Below are positions 44,614 through 58,489 of a DNA stretch of 64,000 bases, one piece after another (position 1 is the first letter of the stretch; the number at the start of each line of letters is the position of its first letter). The stretch lies in the NCBI RefSeq assembly GCF_009914755.1, contig NC_060936.1, one strand, 5' to 3'. Origin of the DNA: the human T2T-CHM13v2.0 reference genome, Homo sapiens. The position numbers and the translations under genes were made by a program. The notes under the pieces are model-generated. The model was given only the letters and a program-made list of their open reading frames with translations. It did not search any database and had not been told where the DNA came from.

Positions 44614-47504
44614 ATTTGTTGTATAGGATTTGAAACAGGCAATAGAAAATGCCAAAAACACACAACAAAGTAGCTTTGTTCATCATCCAAGGCTCAAGCC
44701 AATCAAGCTTCACTGGCGAAAGCACCACAAGGAGCCTGGGCTAATAAGCTCTGCCAGATATCTTGACTCCTAATTAGCTCTAGTGATTGCAAACATTCCA
44801 TTGATATGCTGGGACACACTAGCTTCCTGAGCCTAGTCAGAAAAATGGTTTGAAGTTCAGGAATTAAACATAACTCTATTGGTATTATTTCATATGTACA
44901 AAAAACTTATAATCAACTAGTAGCCATTTTTACAGAAAAGGAGGGCCAGAGAGGTTGCTTGAGATCACACAGCCAGTGGCACAATTAAAATCAGCAAGGT
45001 CTCTATTACTATTGTGTAAAATGAAATACTATTCCACAGTACACGGTGATTCCATCCAAACCTTTTCTCCTTGAAGCAGATGTTCCTTGAAATGTAAGGT
45101 AACACTATGAGCTTGGGGAAGAGAAGTCACTCAATTCTTTTCTGAAAGTAATTAGGCAGAAGATTGGGAATTATTTACTGCCAAGGTATTTAAAACACCT
45201 CTATTAACAGAAAAAAAGGAGGGACAGGAAACTGGCTTTTATTGAGCAGCTATAATTTTCAGACCCTGTGCTACATACTCTCTCCAACAAATTTATGTTT
45301 GATCCTCATAACACAGTTTAAGGATGAAGACCTTGGACCTCAAAATTAAAGTCACTATTCCAAAGTCAAACACCTAAGAAAAAGAAGAGTTATTTATTCC
45401 ATTTCTAAGGAATAGAACCCAATGTGCCATGCTCTTAGCAAGCAGAACATTGGAGGAGGTAATGAAATGGCCCCTCGGTAGAGAAGTAGTCCAGTGATTT
45501 AGAAGAAAGACTAAAGATTGACTGAGTCCATTACATCTACAGGACATACGTAAAATCAGCCCCACCCTTATATTGAACCTAGACACATATATTCAATCAC
45601 TAAATTGTTTTATAAGGATGTACCCTAGAAATGCTGCACCAGAAATGGACAAAGTTGAAATTACCTTTCCTCGAAAACTAATTTATTCACTTGTAGGCCT
45701 TATTTTAGAAAATGGCAAAATCATTTTAAGCAATGCTGAAACCTGGGAGTCATCTTGACTCTTCCTTTTCCAAAACCACTACATCCACATCTGTCACTAA
45801 TATCTTTCAACTCTACCTTCCCATGATATCTTAAAACATCTATTCCTCTCCATCTTTCTTCCCTTACCAGAATTTAAAAGTAATTAACTACCTTTTATCT
45901 TGACTATGAGAATATTTTGCTAACTGGCATTCTGTGGTATCAAAATATTTTCCTAAAAGTCACATGATCTGACCACCCCCTGGCCCCTCCACCCAGGATC
46001 CTCCCAAAAAACACCTTATGTAGTATATTCACCCTACCATGGTCCTGTTCCTGATGTTTTTCTCAGCCTTGATTCTCTACTCTCCACCAAGGTCACTGAA
46101 TCATATTAGTTTCCTGAACACAAAATGCTATTTCACACTTTTTTGTCATGGCAAACCTGCCTGAAGGAGCACAAAATGTAGTTTATAGGTCCTAGATAAA
46201 CAGCCTGTTATCCTCTGGAATAAAAAAAAAAAAACATTAATCAGATGCAATGTCAGACTCACTTGAAAGATTTCTTAAGAAAACTTTTAGTCTCCCGAAT
46301 GCCACAAACTACAGTCACGAATCCAAGCAGAGGTTCTCTGAGTGTTCCTTTTAATTTTTCTTTTACCTAATCAGAATACCTAATCAGAAAGGTTATCTGC
46401 AGTGTGCCATCGGTGCTGGAAGGGGTAGTAGGGTTTCAATAGCTCAGAAGATCCTCCAAACCTGTCAGGGTAGAAAATAAACACAAACCAAGTGCCTACT
46501 TTGGGCCAGGATCTCTTAATGCCTAAAATCTAAAGGAGGACTTACCAAAGTTTTATGTGCATAAGAATCACCTTCAGTCTTCTAGGATGGGGCTGAAGTT
46601 CTGAATTTTATTGCACTTAGAAGTGATGTTATTGGTGTCCGTCCACAGAGCACAATTTCAGTAGCAAGACTCTAGTCTATTACAACACATCCTGCTGACA
46701 TGGCACTGGGTTTGAAATCCTCACAATTATTATTTCTTTGTAATACCCTGAGCAAAAGCTGGCCTGCAGCTGATGGCATACTATGCATGTTTAGACATAT
46801 ATTACCTATTCGGGCACCCCATAGGGACTACAGCAGCCATGAATGGGATGCATACACTTGGATTAAAGGAAACAAGGTGATAGGATGGCAAATTTTGCCT
46901 ATAGAGAAAGTAAGGAGGCTAGAGATGCCTCAATGGTGGCAGTCTGAGGAATGCAAGGAAAAAAGGATGAGAAACACCAGTGACAAACATCTTCATGGTC
47001 ATCATAACTATCATTTTGTGAATATCTGTTATGCGCCCAGGTGTGCACTTTTAAGATAGGCTTTGACTAAAACATATATGAATCATTTTCCTTTTCTGCT
47101 TCTATTTTGGCACAGAAAACATTTAGGATGTTGTAATATATGTAACGAACAAAAATTTTTCTTTGTCTTTTGAAGTTGAGCCATAGGCATAAAATATTGT
47201 TTTGTTTCAGAAATGACCTTCATCCACTGACCTGAGTCTAAGCATGAAATGCTGCTTCTCCAACTTGCTGGTTCATGTCTTCCTGGAGCAGATGTGTTGG
47301 CTATTTTTGCCCAAGGGCTAGGAGACTTTGATCCCAAGAAAACACGCACTTAAGGCATTTTATTTGTGCCCTGACTGGCCTGAAGCTGAGTCCCCTAGGG
47401 ATGCTGTGCTGCATTCCTCATTTCCAGTGAAACAGATTAACTGAGATGTTTATGCCCCAATCTAACAAAGATCATCTTAGAGACGAATACAATCCTGTCC
47501 ATGC

Positions 47505-47640
47505 TAATATATATTAGCATGGATATATTATATGTATATATATATTATATATAGCATATATTATATATTATGTATAGTATATAATATATAGTATATATAA
47601 GATATAATATATAGTATATGTTTTATATATATATATGTAA
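47505..47640. repeat. TA-rich low-complexity tract
   Basis: Directly visible. Confidence 0.85.
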
Positions 47641-47949
47641 CATTCCCAATATCTTTGTTAACAATTTCCAGAAAGCTTTCTAGAAAATCAAAGTCAGTGA
47701 CAGTTATAGAGCCCTAGGAGAAGGCAATAAACTAACTTACTGGCCAGAGTATCTTCTAAATGTGTTTCCTGTCCCTTCAGCTACTACACAAATATTTAAC
47801 AGGATCTGAGGCTGAACAAGACACTAAATCTATATCTGCATACTCGTTTACACATGTATAATCACAAAGGCTACATTTGCAAAATATATGACATATCAAA
47901 TTTTCTACACAGTACATTTTGTATTAAAAGGCATAAAAATAGTCATTAA

Positions 47950-48342
<393 letters not shown>

Positions 48343-48995
48343 TCACAACTCATCTCCTGACATGCATACTGGCCCCTCTTATAATGCTAAACTCCTGTAA
48401 TATTGAGCTACCTGTTGTTTTATGAATGTTTCAGGCAATTTTATACCTTTGTCGTTTTTGTGTGACCTATTCCTTCTGCCTTTCTTCCTTTTTTTTTTTT
48501 TATAGTAAACTCCTATTCATCCTTCTAAGTCCAGCTTAAATATCACTTCCTCCTGGCCGTCTGCTTCTTCTCCTGAATCAATCCATATTTGATCATGGTG
48601 CTATACTTTATATGTTCTTTTCTTATTATACTTATTACACAATATATTATAGCTATTTGTTTATATATCTGTCTCCTCTACAACCATGAGTAATTTATTT
48701 GTTTTCATCTTTGTAACTTTAGTACCTAATATGGTACTCAAAAATGCTTGTGAAATTGAAATTAAATTGAAGAACATAGAAGAAACTGCAGTAGAATCTA
48801 GTTCACTGTTGACCAAACACCTTTTAGAATGGAAAGAGATTTTAACAATCATGTAGTTCAGGGGTCGAATTATACAGATATGGAAACGAAGGCCTGGGGA
48901 GGTTTGTTGACTTGCTGAAGCTCATAGTTGGTTAATGGCATAGCCTGAATTAGAATTTGGTTCTAGGCCATACCAGTGCTGCCACAAGTTATTTT

Positions 48996-49300
48996 TCTTT
49001 TTGTTTGTTTGTTTGTTTTAGAGATGAGATCTCATTCTATTTCCTGGGCTGGAGTACAGTGGCATGATCATAGTTCACTGCATTCTTTAACTCCTGGGCT
49101 GAAGTTTTTTCCCTGCCTCAGCTTCCCGAGTAGCTAGAACTACAGGCACACACTGCCTCATCTGGCTAATATTTTTATTTCTTATAGAGATCGGGTCTCA
49201 CTATGTTGACCAGGCTGGTCTCAAGCTCCTGGCCTCAAGTATCTCTCTCCTCAGCCTTTCAAAGTGTTGAGATTGCAGGCGTGAACCACTGTGCCCAGCT
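48996..49300 (-). mobile_element. AluJ
   Basis: Antisense Alu with TSD cacaagttatttt / cacaagtattttt. Confidence 0.9.
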
Positions 49301-51157
49301 CACAAGTATTTTTTGAACATGTAAAACAAATACTGGACTATCTTGTATGAATCTGTCTGATGACATGCCTCACATGTTCATCGATCTGGTGCTATTATAG
49401 TATCTTTCCTTATGTAAGCAATAAGCATAATTCCGTTATGTCTGTGTTTTCCTCATGTGAAAAGAAGCTGGTAACAATAATTTTAGTTTTATCTTGAATA
49501 AATAATGCCATGGGACATTCAATTGTACACTATGCCTCCCTTTCACTTAAAGTGGCCAAATTCATAAACCCATAAATATATTCATTATGGAAAACATTTT
49601 CCCCCTCTTATTCAATGCTGTACTATTTTTCTATTCTATCAATTATAGAATGATGGAGAAATTGGCCACATACTAATTCCTCAATTGTAGGAGTCCATAG
49701 TAATGTCCCACTCACAGTCTTTAACTCTTTAACTCAGCATAGGCAGGGCAGGAGATATGGGTGATACTGAAAGGCCAGAGTCAGCAAGGTTTTCTCTTTC
49801 CCTAAAGAACCAGGTGCATGGAAGTAAAAGGAAAGGAAAGACTCTGACAATACACTTCCACCTGTTCTTCACCCACCTTGAGTTGATGCAACCTCAAACA
49901 ATGATAACAACGGGCTGAAATCTATGGAACCAGAAAACTAATTCCGAGTCTTAGAGTCTCTAGTCATGTGCATGAAGTGGCTCCCTGATTTTCCAATTTT
50001 TCTCACTTATAAAATAGAAAATTTGAACAATAATAATTCAAAAAAAGATGGCATATGGAAGAGGTATTATGCTAAGCACTTGGTGGATATTACTTTATTT
50101 AAAAGTAATAAATACTTGTTTATTATTATTTACTTGTTCATATTATTTTCTTCATTTTACACATGTATGCTAAAGATATGTTAGAGATATGGTTCAAGTC
50201 CCGGCTTGTCTAAGTCCAAAACCCACCTTCTTAACTACCTTTTGATACATTCTCCAAAATTGTATGATCTAATAAAACTTGAAAATCAGCCTGAATGTAT
50301 ATGAAGTGACATAACAAAGAAACTCATTAGTATTCTACCTTCTGGGGAAGTAGTCACCCCTTTCACTCTGCACACTAGTTTCATACAAATTAGATCAGAC
50401 AAACATGCTAAATAGCACACAGGAATATGTACAGCCCACAGCTCTGCTCAACAGCATCTGGCTGCCTCTGAGAGAAAGAAGTGAGCTTTCAGTCTCTAGC
50501 AATAAGTCTTGTACTGTGCAAGTGTAATCTTAAATTATCCATTTTACCTTCTGTAAATCCCAATTTTGTTTCAAAAATCAAGACAATCTACATCAACCCA
50601 CTCTGTTACAAAGAGGAAAGGATAAGCACATACATGTGTAATCAAAGCCCATCCCCATACACTGATGTGGCATTTAAATGAAGAAGCATAGAGACAGAAA
50701 GGACAGTAGCAGTCATTGAGCCTAAGCTTTAGAAGAAAAATGGACAACCCAAGATTGTCCTTAAGTTTTAAATATGGCTTAACCCAAGATTGGCTTAAGT
50801 TTTAAATATGTATACAACAGTCAATTGCTGCTTCTTTTCTAGAGGTCTCCTTTGATCAAATTATAGATATTGCTTAGTTACATTATAGATACAAAAGGAA
50901 GAAGTGGAGGACAAAACCTGAACTAGTAGCCAATAATCCTTTTCTCTATTTTTGCCTAGATTTCCAGCTTCTATGTAGCCTTGGTTAAACCGTGTCTTTT
51001 CTTAGGACCTCATTTTCATTTACAAAATGAGGAGTTTAGACCAAATTGTTCCTGAAGTCTTTTCCATTTGTACTAAAAGTAGATGCTATATTTATGTGTT
51101 AAATAAATGCACTGCTAAGTGCGTGATTACTGAAGACTGCTCACATGCAGTGATCTA

Positions 51158-51300
51158 TTGATTCATTCATTCATTCAGCAAATACTTATTGAGAGCCTAC
51201 TGTGTGCCAGAAACTGATATATATGTTCAGAATACATGAAAGAACTAAACAGACAACTTATGCTTCACTTCGTGTGACTGTCGCCTTTACTTTCAAGCAA
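51158..51300 (-). mobile_element. L2 3' end fragment
   Basis: ttcattcattcattcagcaaatacttattgagagcctactgtgtgccag. Confidence 0.8.
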
Positions 51301-51711
51301 TGCACAGAAAAAAAAATCCATGTGCACTACTTTAGAGGAATCAAAATGAGATGCATCCCAAAGAGTCTGGAACATTCTTTTTTGGCACATTGGTTTTAAG
51401 TATACTGCTCCTCAATCTTCTTTAATGCTGTAATAAGAGTGTTATGCTGTAATGTGTATGTTTCTCAGGAGCAAAACTTTGTTTTCCAACTCCCCTATGT
51501 CAGCAGTGTTTGTCAGCATAATTGGCACCCATTGCCTTGTTTGTAATGGCTTCCTTGTTCACTGGCTGGCCCTGGAGTTATCTCTACCAGAGTCACCGTA
51601 TGTCCTTCATTTGCCCACTGTTGCAAAGATTTTCCTGAAACTTTAGCAGTGCTCCCTTAAAATGTTCTGTTATTACCAATTTGTATTACAGGAAAAAAAC
51701 ATCATTCACAT

Positions 51712-54700
51712 CAGGGGATAGGGCACAGGATGGCCAACTAGATGCAGTCAAGAAGCACCACTCCCAACAAGAGAGACCAAATTATTGAGTAAACCATCAT
51801 AATTGGGGCAGATCTTTGGAGATAAAAAAAGTAAGAGTGGATGGAGAGGCAATGCTGAAGACCAGGTTGAAGAGGGAGGAAGGTGAGAACCCTGTGTGGG
51901 GTGTCCACATGCCAGGGTTAGTTCCTGGCCCCAAATGGCTCCTGGGAAAGGGGTGAGTGAGGGAACTGACGGGTGCATTACGCTTGCAACAGACCTGTAA
52001 GATCCTAGCTACAGGGGACCTTGTATCCCCCATGGATGTGTGAGCTGGCAGTGGATTTCCCTGGGGAACAGGCAGAGACAGGCCTTTGGACAGCAAGGGA
52101 CCTGGGAGCTTTTGTGAGCCAGGCAAGTCCAGCAGACAACGGCCATAGATGCCAATTCCTCAGAGATCCCCATTCTCCTCCAGAAGGCAGAGCCCCAGCT
52201 GATCTCCAAGCCAGGAGACAGTGGGGCTAGCTTCCCTATGAGACTGAGGCACATCTGCTCTACAAGGCTTCATGCCTGCTGGTCCCTCCCAGGGTCCATG
52301 CCTAGTCATCCTGCAGGAGAGGTGCAGGAGTGGGTGCACAGTGCAGCCCCCACAGCCCAACCTGAGTATGTTGCTGCACCTGAATGTTTTTGGGTGACCC
52401 AGGAGCATATAAGATCCCCCAGGAGAGTTGGAACTGGAAGCTGAACCCCAAGATGTCCCACTGCCCCCAGGGCTGCAGTGCACAACTCAGGAGTACAGAG
52501 CCAAGATCTGTGGCTGATACTCAAGCAGGGGAGAAGACCTATCCCTCGGAGCAATGAGAGAAACAAGATGCGTGGGCTTCTGGGTAGGGTGGGTGCAGTG
52601 CATGCCTCCCTCCATAGGGATGATCCAAAGAGAGTGTGGCATATCTCCCTGCCACAGTCTCTGCCCAAGGTGCCACCATAGCTGAGAATATCTGACAAAA
52701 GAAATGCAGGAGCAGCACCAGCTATCTGGAGGGGGCTCCCCCAAGGCCCAGGAGCAAAACTGGTGAGGGGGCTATCTCTTTCCCCTACTACCCCACTGTC
52801 AAGGATGCTTGCTAATGTGAGGAAGTACAAAAGAGCCCACAGGCTGGGCATTAATCTAGCTATGGGTCATTACTCCTAAGTGTCATCTATTGGATTACAG
52901 TTCAAACTACAACACCAAAAATTTATTCTGATAATATAGACACCTGTGAAACCAAGCACACTAATTCATTCACACATAAAAATCCTATAGAGAGCACTGG
53001 CCCTCTGAAAGCATCCAGAAGCAAAGCCAACTGACTATACTCAACTTAGACCACAGTTAAAAGAACACTAACTCTCCCCAATGAGAAAGAATTAACACAA
53101 GAATTAATTCTGTCAGTACAAAAAGCCAGAGCCCCTGTATTAGTCTGTTCTCAAGCTGCTATAAAGACACACCCAAGACTGGGTACTTTATAAAGAAAAG
53201 GAGGTTTAATGGCCTCACAGTTCCACATGGATGGAAAGGTCTCACAATAATGGCGGAAGGTGAGGGAAGAACAAAGGCATGTCTTTCATGGCAGCAGGCG
53301 AAGAGAGAAATGAGAACCAAGCAAAAGGGGTTTTTCCCTTATAAAACCATCAGATCTTCTGAGACTTATTCACTACCATTCACTACCAAGAACAGTATGG
53401 AGGAAACTGCCCCATGATCAAGTTATCTCCCACCAGGTCCCTCCCACAACACATGGGAATTATGGGAGCTACAATTCAGGTTGAGATTTGGGTGGGGACA
53501 CAGCCAAACCATATCATACTGCCTCTGGCCCCTCCCAAATCTCATGTCCTCACATTTCAAAACCAATCATGCCTTTCCAATGGTCCCCCAAGTCTTAACT
53601 CATTTCAGCATTAACTCAAAAGTTCACAGTCCAAAGTCTCTTCTGAGACAAGGCAAGTACCCTCCACCTATGAGCCTGTAAAATAAAAAGCAAGTTAGTT
53701 ACTTACTACATACAATGGGGGTACAGGCATTGAGTAAATAGAGCTGTTTCAGATGGGATAAATTGACCACAGCAAACGAGCTACCAGCCCCATGCAGGTC
53801 TGAAATCCAGCAGGGCAGTCAAATCTTAAAGCTCCAAAATGATCTCCTTTGACTCCATGTCTCACATCCAGGTCATGATGATGCAAGAGGTGGGTTCCCA
53901 TGGTCTGAGCAGCTCTGCCCTGTGGCTTTGTAGGGTACAGCCTACCTCCTGGCTGCTTTCACAGGCTGGCGTTGAGTGTCTGGTTTTTCCAGGTACATGG
54001 TGCAAGCAGTCAGTGGATCTACCATTCTGGGGTCCAGAGGACAGTGGCCCTCTTCCCACAGCTCCACTAGGTGGTGTCCCAGCAGGGACTCTTTGTGGGG
54101 GCTCTGACCCCACATTTCTCTTCCACACTGCCCTAGCAGAGGTTCTTCATGAGGGCCCTGCCCCTGCAGCAAACTTCTGCCTGAGCATCCAGGCATTTCC
54201 ATACATCCTCTGAAATCTAGGCAGAGGTTCCCAAACCTCAATTCCTGACTTCCATGCACCCACAGGCTCAATGCCATGTGGAAGCTGCCAAGGCTTAGGG
54301 CTTGCACCCTCTGAAGCAGCAGCCCAAACTGTACCTTGGCCCCTTTTAGCAATCGCTGGAGCAGCTGGAATCCAGGTCACCAAGTCCCTAGACTTTAGAG
54401 AGCAGGGTGGTCCTGGGACTGGCCCATGAAACCAGTTTTTCCTCCTCGGACTCTGGACCTGTGATGGGAGGGGCTTCCCTGAAGACCTCTGACATGCCCT
54501 GGAGACATTTTTGGGGATTAATATTTGGCTCCTCATTACTTATGCAAGTTTCTGCAGCTGGCTTGAATTTCTCCTCAGAAAATAGGTTTTTCTTTTCTAT
54601 CCCATCATCAAGCTGCAAATTTTCTGAACTTTTATGCTCTGGTTTCCTTTTAAAACTGAATGCTTTTAATAGCACCCAAGTCACCTCTTGAATGTTTTGT

Positions 54701-57700
54701 TGTTTAGAAATTTCTTCCACCAGATACCCTAAATCATCTCCCTCAAGTTCAAATTTTCAAAGATCTCTAGGGCAGGGGCATAATGCCACCAGTTTCTTTG
54801 CTAAATCGTAGCAAGAGTCACCTTTACTCCAATTCCCAACAAGCTCCTCATCTCAGATGGAGATCTGAGATCATCTCAGCCTGGATTTCATTGTCCATAT
54901 CATTATCAACATTTTGGTCAAAGCCATTCAACAAGTTTCTAGGAAGTTCCAAACTTTCCCAAATTTTCCTGTCATTTGAGCCCTCCAAGTCTCTAGGAAG
55001 TACCAAACTTTCTCACATTTTTCTATCTTCTTCTGAGCCTCCAAAATGTTCCAATCTCTGCCTGTTACCCAGTTCCAAAGTCGCTTCCATATCTGTCGGT
55101 ATCTTTACAGCAGCACCCTACTCCTAGTCCCAATTTACTGTATTAGTCTGTTCTCATGCTGCTGATAAAGACATACCCAAGACTGGGTAATTTATAAAGA
55201 AAAGGAGGTTTAATGGACCTCCTTTCTACATAGCTGAAGAGGTCTCACAATCATGGTGGAAGGCAAGGGAAGACCAAAGGCACATTTTACTTGGAAGCAA
55301 GCAAAGAGAGAAATGAGACCCAAGCAAAAGGGGTTCCCCCTTATAAAAGCATCAGATCTCATGATACTTACTCTCTATCATGAGAATAGTATGGAGGAAA
55401 CTGCCCCACAATTCAATTATCTCCCACCAGGTCCCTCCCACAACACATGGTAATTATAAGAGCTACAATTCAAGATGAGATTTGGGTGGGGACACAGCCA
55501 AAGCATATCAGTCCCCTTACCCCCAAACAAGTATAATAGCTCCCCAGCAATAGTTCATAACCATTCTGAAACAACTGAAATGACAGACACAGAATTCAGA
55601 ATTTGTATGGTAAGGAAACTCACTGATTTAGGAGACAATAGAAACCTGATCCAAGGAAACTAAAGAATCCAGTAAAATGATCTAAGAGTTGGAAGATGAA
55701 ATAGCAATTTTAAGAAAGAACCTAACTGAACTTCTACAGCTGAAAAATTTCATAATACACTAGGAAGTATTAACAGCAGAATAGACCATGCTGAGGAAAA
55801 AAATCTCAGAGCCAGAAGATCAGTTCTTTGATAAAACTCAGTGGGACAAAAATTTTAGAAAAGAAGAATTAAGAAAAATGAAAAAACCTCCACAAAATGT
55901 GAGGTTATATAAGGAGAGCAAACCTACAACCCATTGGCATTTCTGAGAGAGAAGAAGAGAGAATATGCAGCTTGGAAAATATATTTGTGGATATAGTCCA
56001 CAAAAATTCCCCTAATCTCACTAGAGAGGTTGATATGCAAATCCAAGAAATGCAGAGAACCCAGTCTAGATATTATACAAGGCACATAGTCAACAGATTA
56101 ACCAAGGTCAATGCAAAAGAAAACAATCTTAAATGCAGCTAGAAAGATGGGTCAAGTTATCTAGAAAGGGAATACCCTCAGGTTAGTAGCAGACCTCTCA
56201 GCCAGAAGAGACTGGGAGCCCACTTTTAGTGACCTAAAAGAAAAGAAATTCCAACCAAGAATTTCATATGCTGCCTCACTAAGCTTTATACATAAAGGAG
56301 AAATAAAATCTTTCTCAGACAAGCAAATGCTGAAGGAATACATTACAACTAGATCAGCCTTATGGGAGGTTCCTAAGAGAACGCTAAACATGGGATCAAA
56401 AGAGTGACACCTGCTACCACAAAAACACACAAGCACATAGCCCACAGTTATGCTAAATCAACTACACAATCAAGTCGACCTAACAACTAGCAAACAACAT
56501 GATGACAGGATTAAAATCACAGATATAATTATCAACCTTGCATGTAAATGAGCTAATTGCCCCATTTAAAGAACACAGAGTAGCAGGCTGGATAAAAAAG
56601 ACAAACCCTACCATCTGTTGTCTTCAAGAGACCCATCTCAGATGTGATGACACTCACAGGCTCAAAGTAAAATAATGGAGAAATATCAAGCAGGCAAAAA
56701 GAAAACAAAAAAAAAAACATGAATAGCTATTCTTAAGTTAGATAAAACAACCATTTTAATACAGAACTAAACTGAACTTTTAGAACAGAAAACCTCTCAA
56801 TATTGACTTCAGATTTTAACGAAAATTAAGAACAATGAAGGACATTGCATAACGATAAAGGGTACAATCCAACAAGAAGCCTTAACTATGTTAATTTAGT
56901 CTGCTGCTAACCTGATGGTTTTCCCTCCATACATAAATTGACCCTTTTCTCTAGATGCCTTTAGGATTGTTTTCTATTTCATTGGCTGTCCAACATTGGA
57001 GCACCTAGAGTCATAAAATAAGTTCTTCCTGGTCTACAAAAAGACTTAGACAACCACACAATAATAGTGGGGAACTTTAACACCATACTGAAAGCATTAA
57101 ACAGATCATCAAGGCAGGAAACTAACAAAGAAACTCTGGACTTATACTTGACACTTGACCAATTGGACCTAATAGACATCTACAGAACACTCTACCCAAA
57201 AACCACAGAATATATATTCTTATCATCTGGACATAGACCATATTCTAAGATTGACCACAGGCTGGAAATTGAACAACTTGTTTCTGAATAACTTCTGGGT
57301 GAACATCAAAATTAAGGCAGAAATTTTGTAAAAAAATTTGAAATTAATGAAAATAGGGACACAAATTACCAAAATTTCTGGGATGCAGCCAAGGCAATAT
57401 TAAGAGGAAAGTTCATAGCCCTAAACACCTTCATCAGGAAGTTAGAAAGATCTAAAGTTATTAATCTAACTTTGTACCTAAAAGAACTAGAAAACAAAAG
57501 AACAAACCAACTCCAAAACTAGCAGAAGATAAAAAATAATTAAAATTAGAGAGGAACTTAATGAAATTAAGATGCAAAAATCCATACAAAAGATCAATGA
57601 AACCAAGAGTTGGTTATTCAAAAAATAAGTAAATAAGATTAATAGACTGCTAGCTAGATAAAGAAAAAAAAAGATCCAAATAAGTACAATCAGAAGTGAC

Positions 57701-58489
57701 AGATATGACACTACAACTAATCACACAGACATACAAAAGCTCCTTAGAGAATACTGTGAGAAACTCCATGCACACAAATAAGAAGATATGGAGGAAATGG
57801 AAAAATACCTGGAAACCCACAGTCTCCCAAGATTGAATCAGGAGGCGCTTGCAACTCTGCATAGACCAACATCGAGCTCTGAAATTGAATTAGTAATGAA
57901 AAAAAAAAACCTACCAACCCAAAAAGACCCTGGATCAGATGAATTCACAGCCAAATTCTACCAGAAAGACAAAGAACTGGTTTCAATCCAACTGAGACTA
58001 TTCCAAAAAATCAAAAAGGAGGAAATCCTCCCTACATCATCAGCCTAATACCAAAATCTGACAGAGACACAACAAAGAAAGAAAACTTCAGGCTAATATC
58101 CCTGGTGAATATAAATGCAAAAATCTCAATAAAATACTAGCAAATTGAATCCAGCAGCACATCAAAAAGTTAATTCACCATGATCAAATAGGCTTCCTTC
58201 CTGCAATGCAAGGTGGGTTTAAGATAGGCAAATCAATAAAGGTGATTCACCACATAAACAGGATTAAAAGCAAAAGCCATATGATCATCCCAATAGATGC
58301 AGAAAAAGCTTTCAGTAAAATTTAACATCATTTCATGATAAAAGCCCTCAACAGGCCAGGCATCAAAGAAACATACCGCAACATAATAAGAGCAATCTAT
58401 GACAAACCCACAACTTATATCATACTGAATGGGTAAAGGCTGGAACCATTCCCCCTGAGAACTGGAACAAGGCAAAGATGCTCACTCTC
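51712..58489 (+). mobile_element. L1PB-type element, 5'-complete but ending in the ORF2 RT domain, split by THE1
   Basis: Start ggggatagggcacaggatggccaactaga, GC-rich 5'UTR, ORF1 (about 55570-56410), ORF2 EN (GNFNTILKALNRSSRQ) and RT up to ggcaaagatgctcactctc. Flanked by atcattcacat at 51701-51711 and 58500-58510. Confidence 0.9.
53136..55510 (-). mobile_element. Full-length THE1 (C/D-like) MaLR provirus: LTR 53136-53516, internal 53517-55138, LTR 55139-55510
   Basis: Two similar tgtattagtctgttctca...ca(t)atca LTRs. Internal frame EEISKQQNIQEVTWVLLKAF typical of THE1-int. 5-bp TSD gcccc / gtccc. Confidence 0.96.

Noticed and set aside
51748-52851. Cluster of overlapping ORFs in GC-rich DNA resembling a gene or CpG island
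   Set aside because: This is the L1PB 5'UTR. It is CpG-depleted, and the ORFs reflect stop-codon scarcity.
53839-55127. Several ORFs over 100 aa
   Set aside because: Broken THE1 internal reading frames and their antisense shadows.
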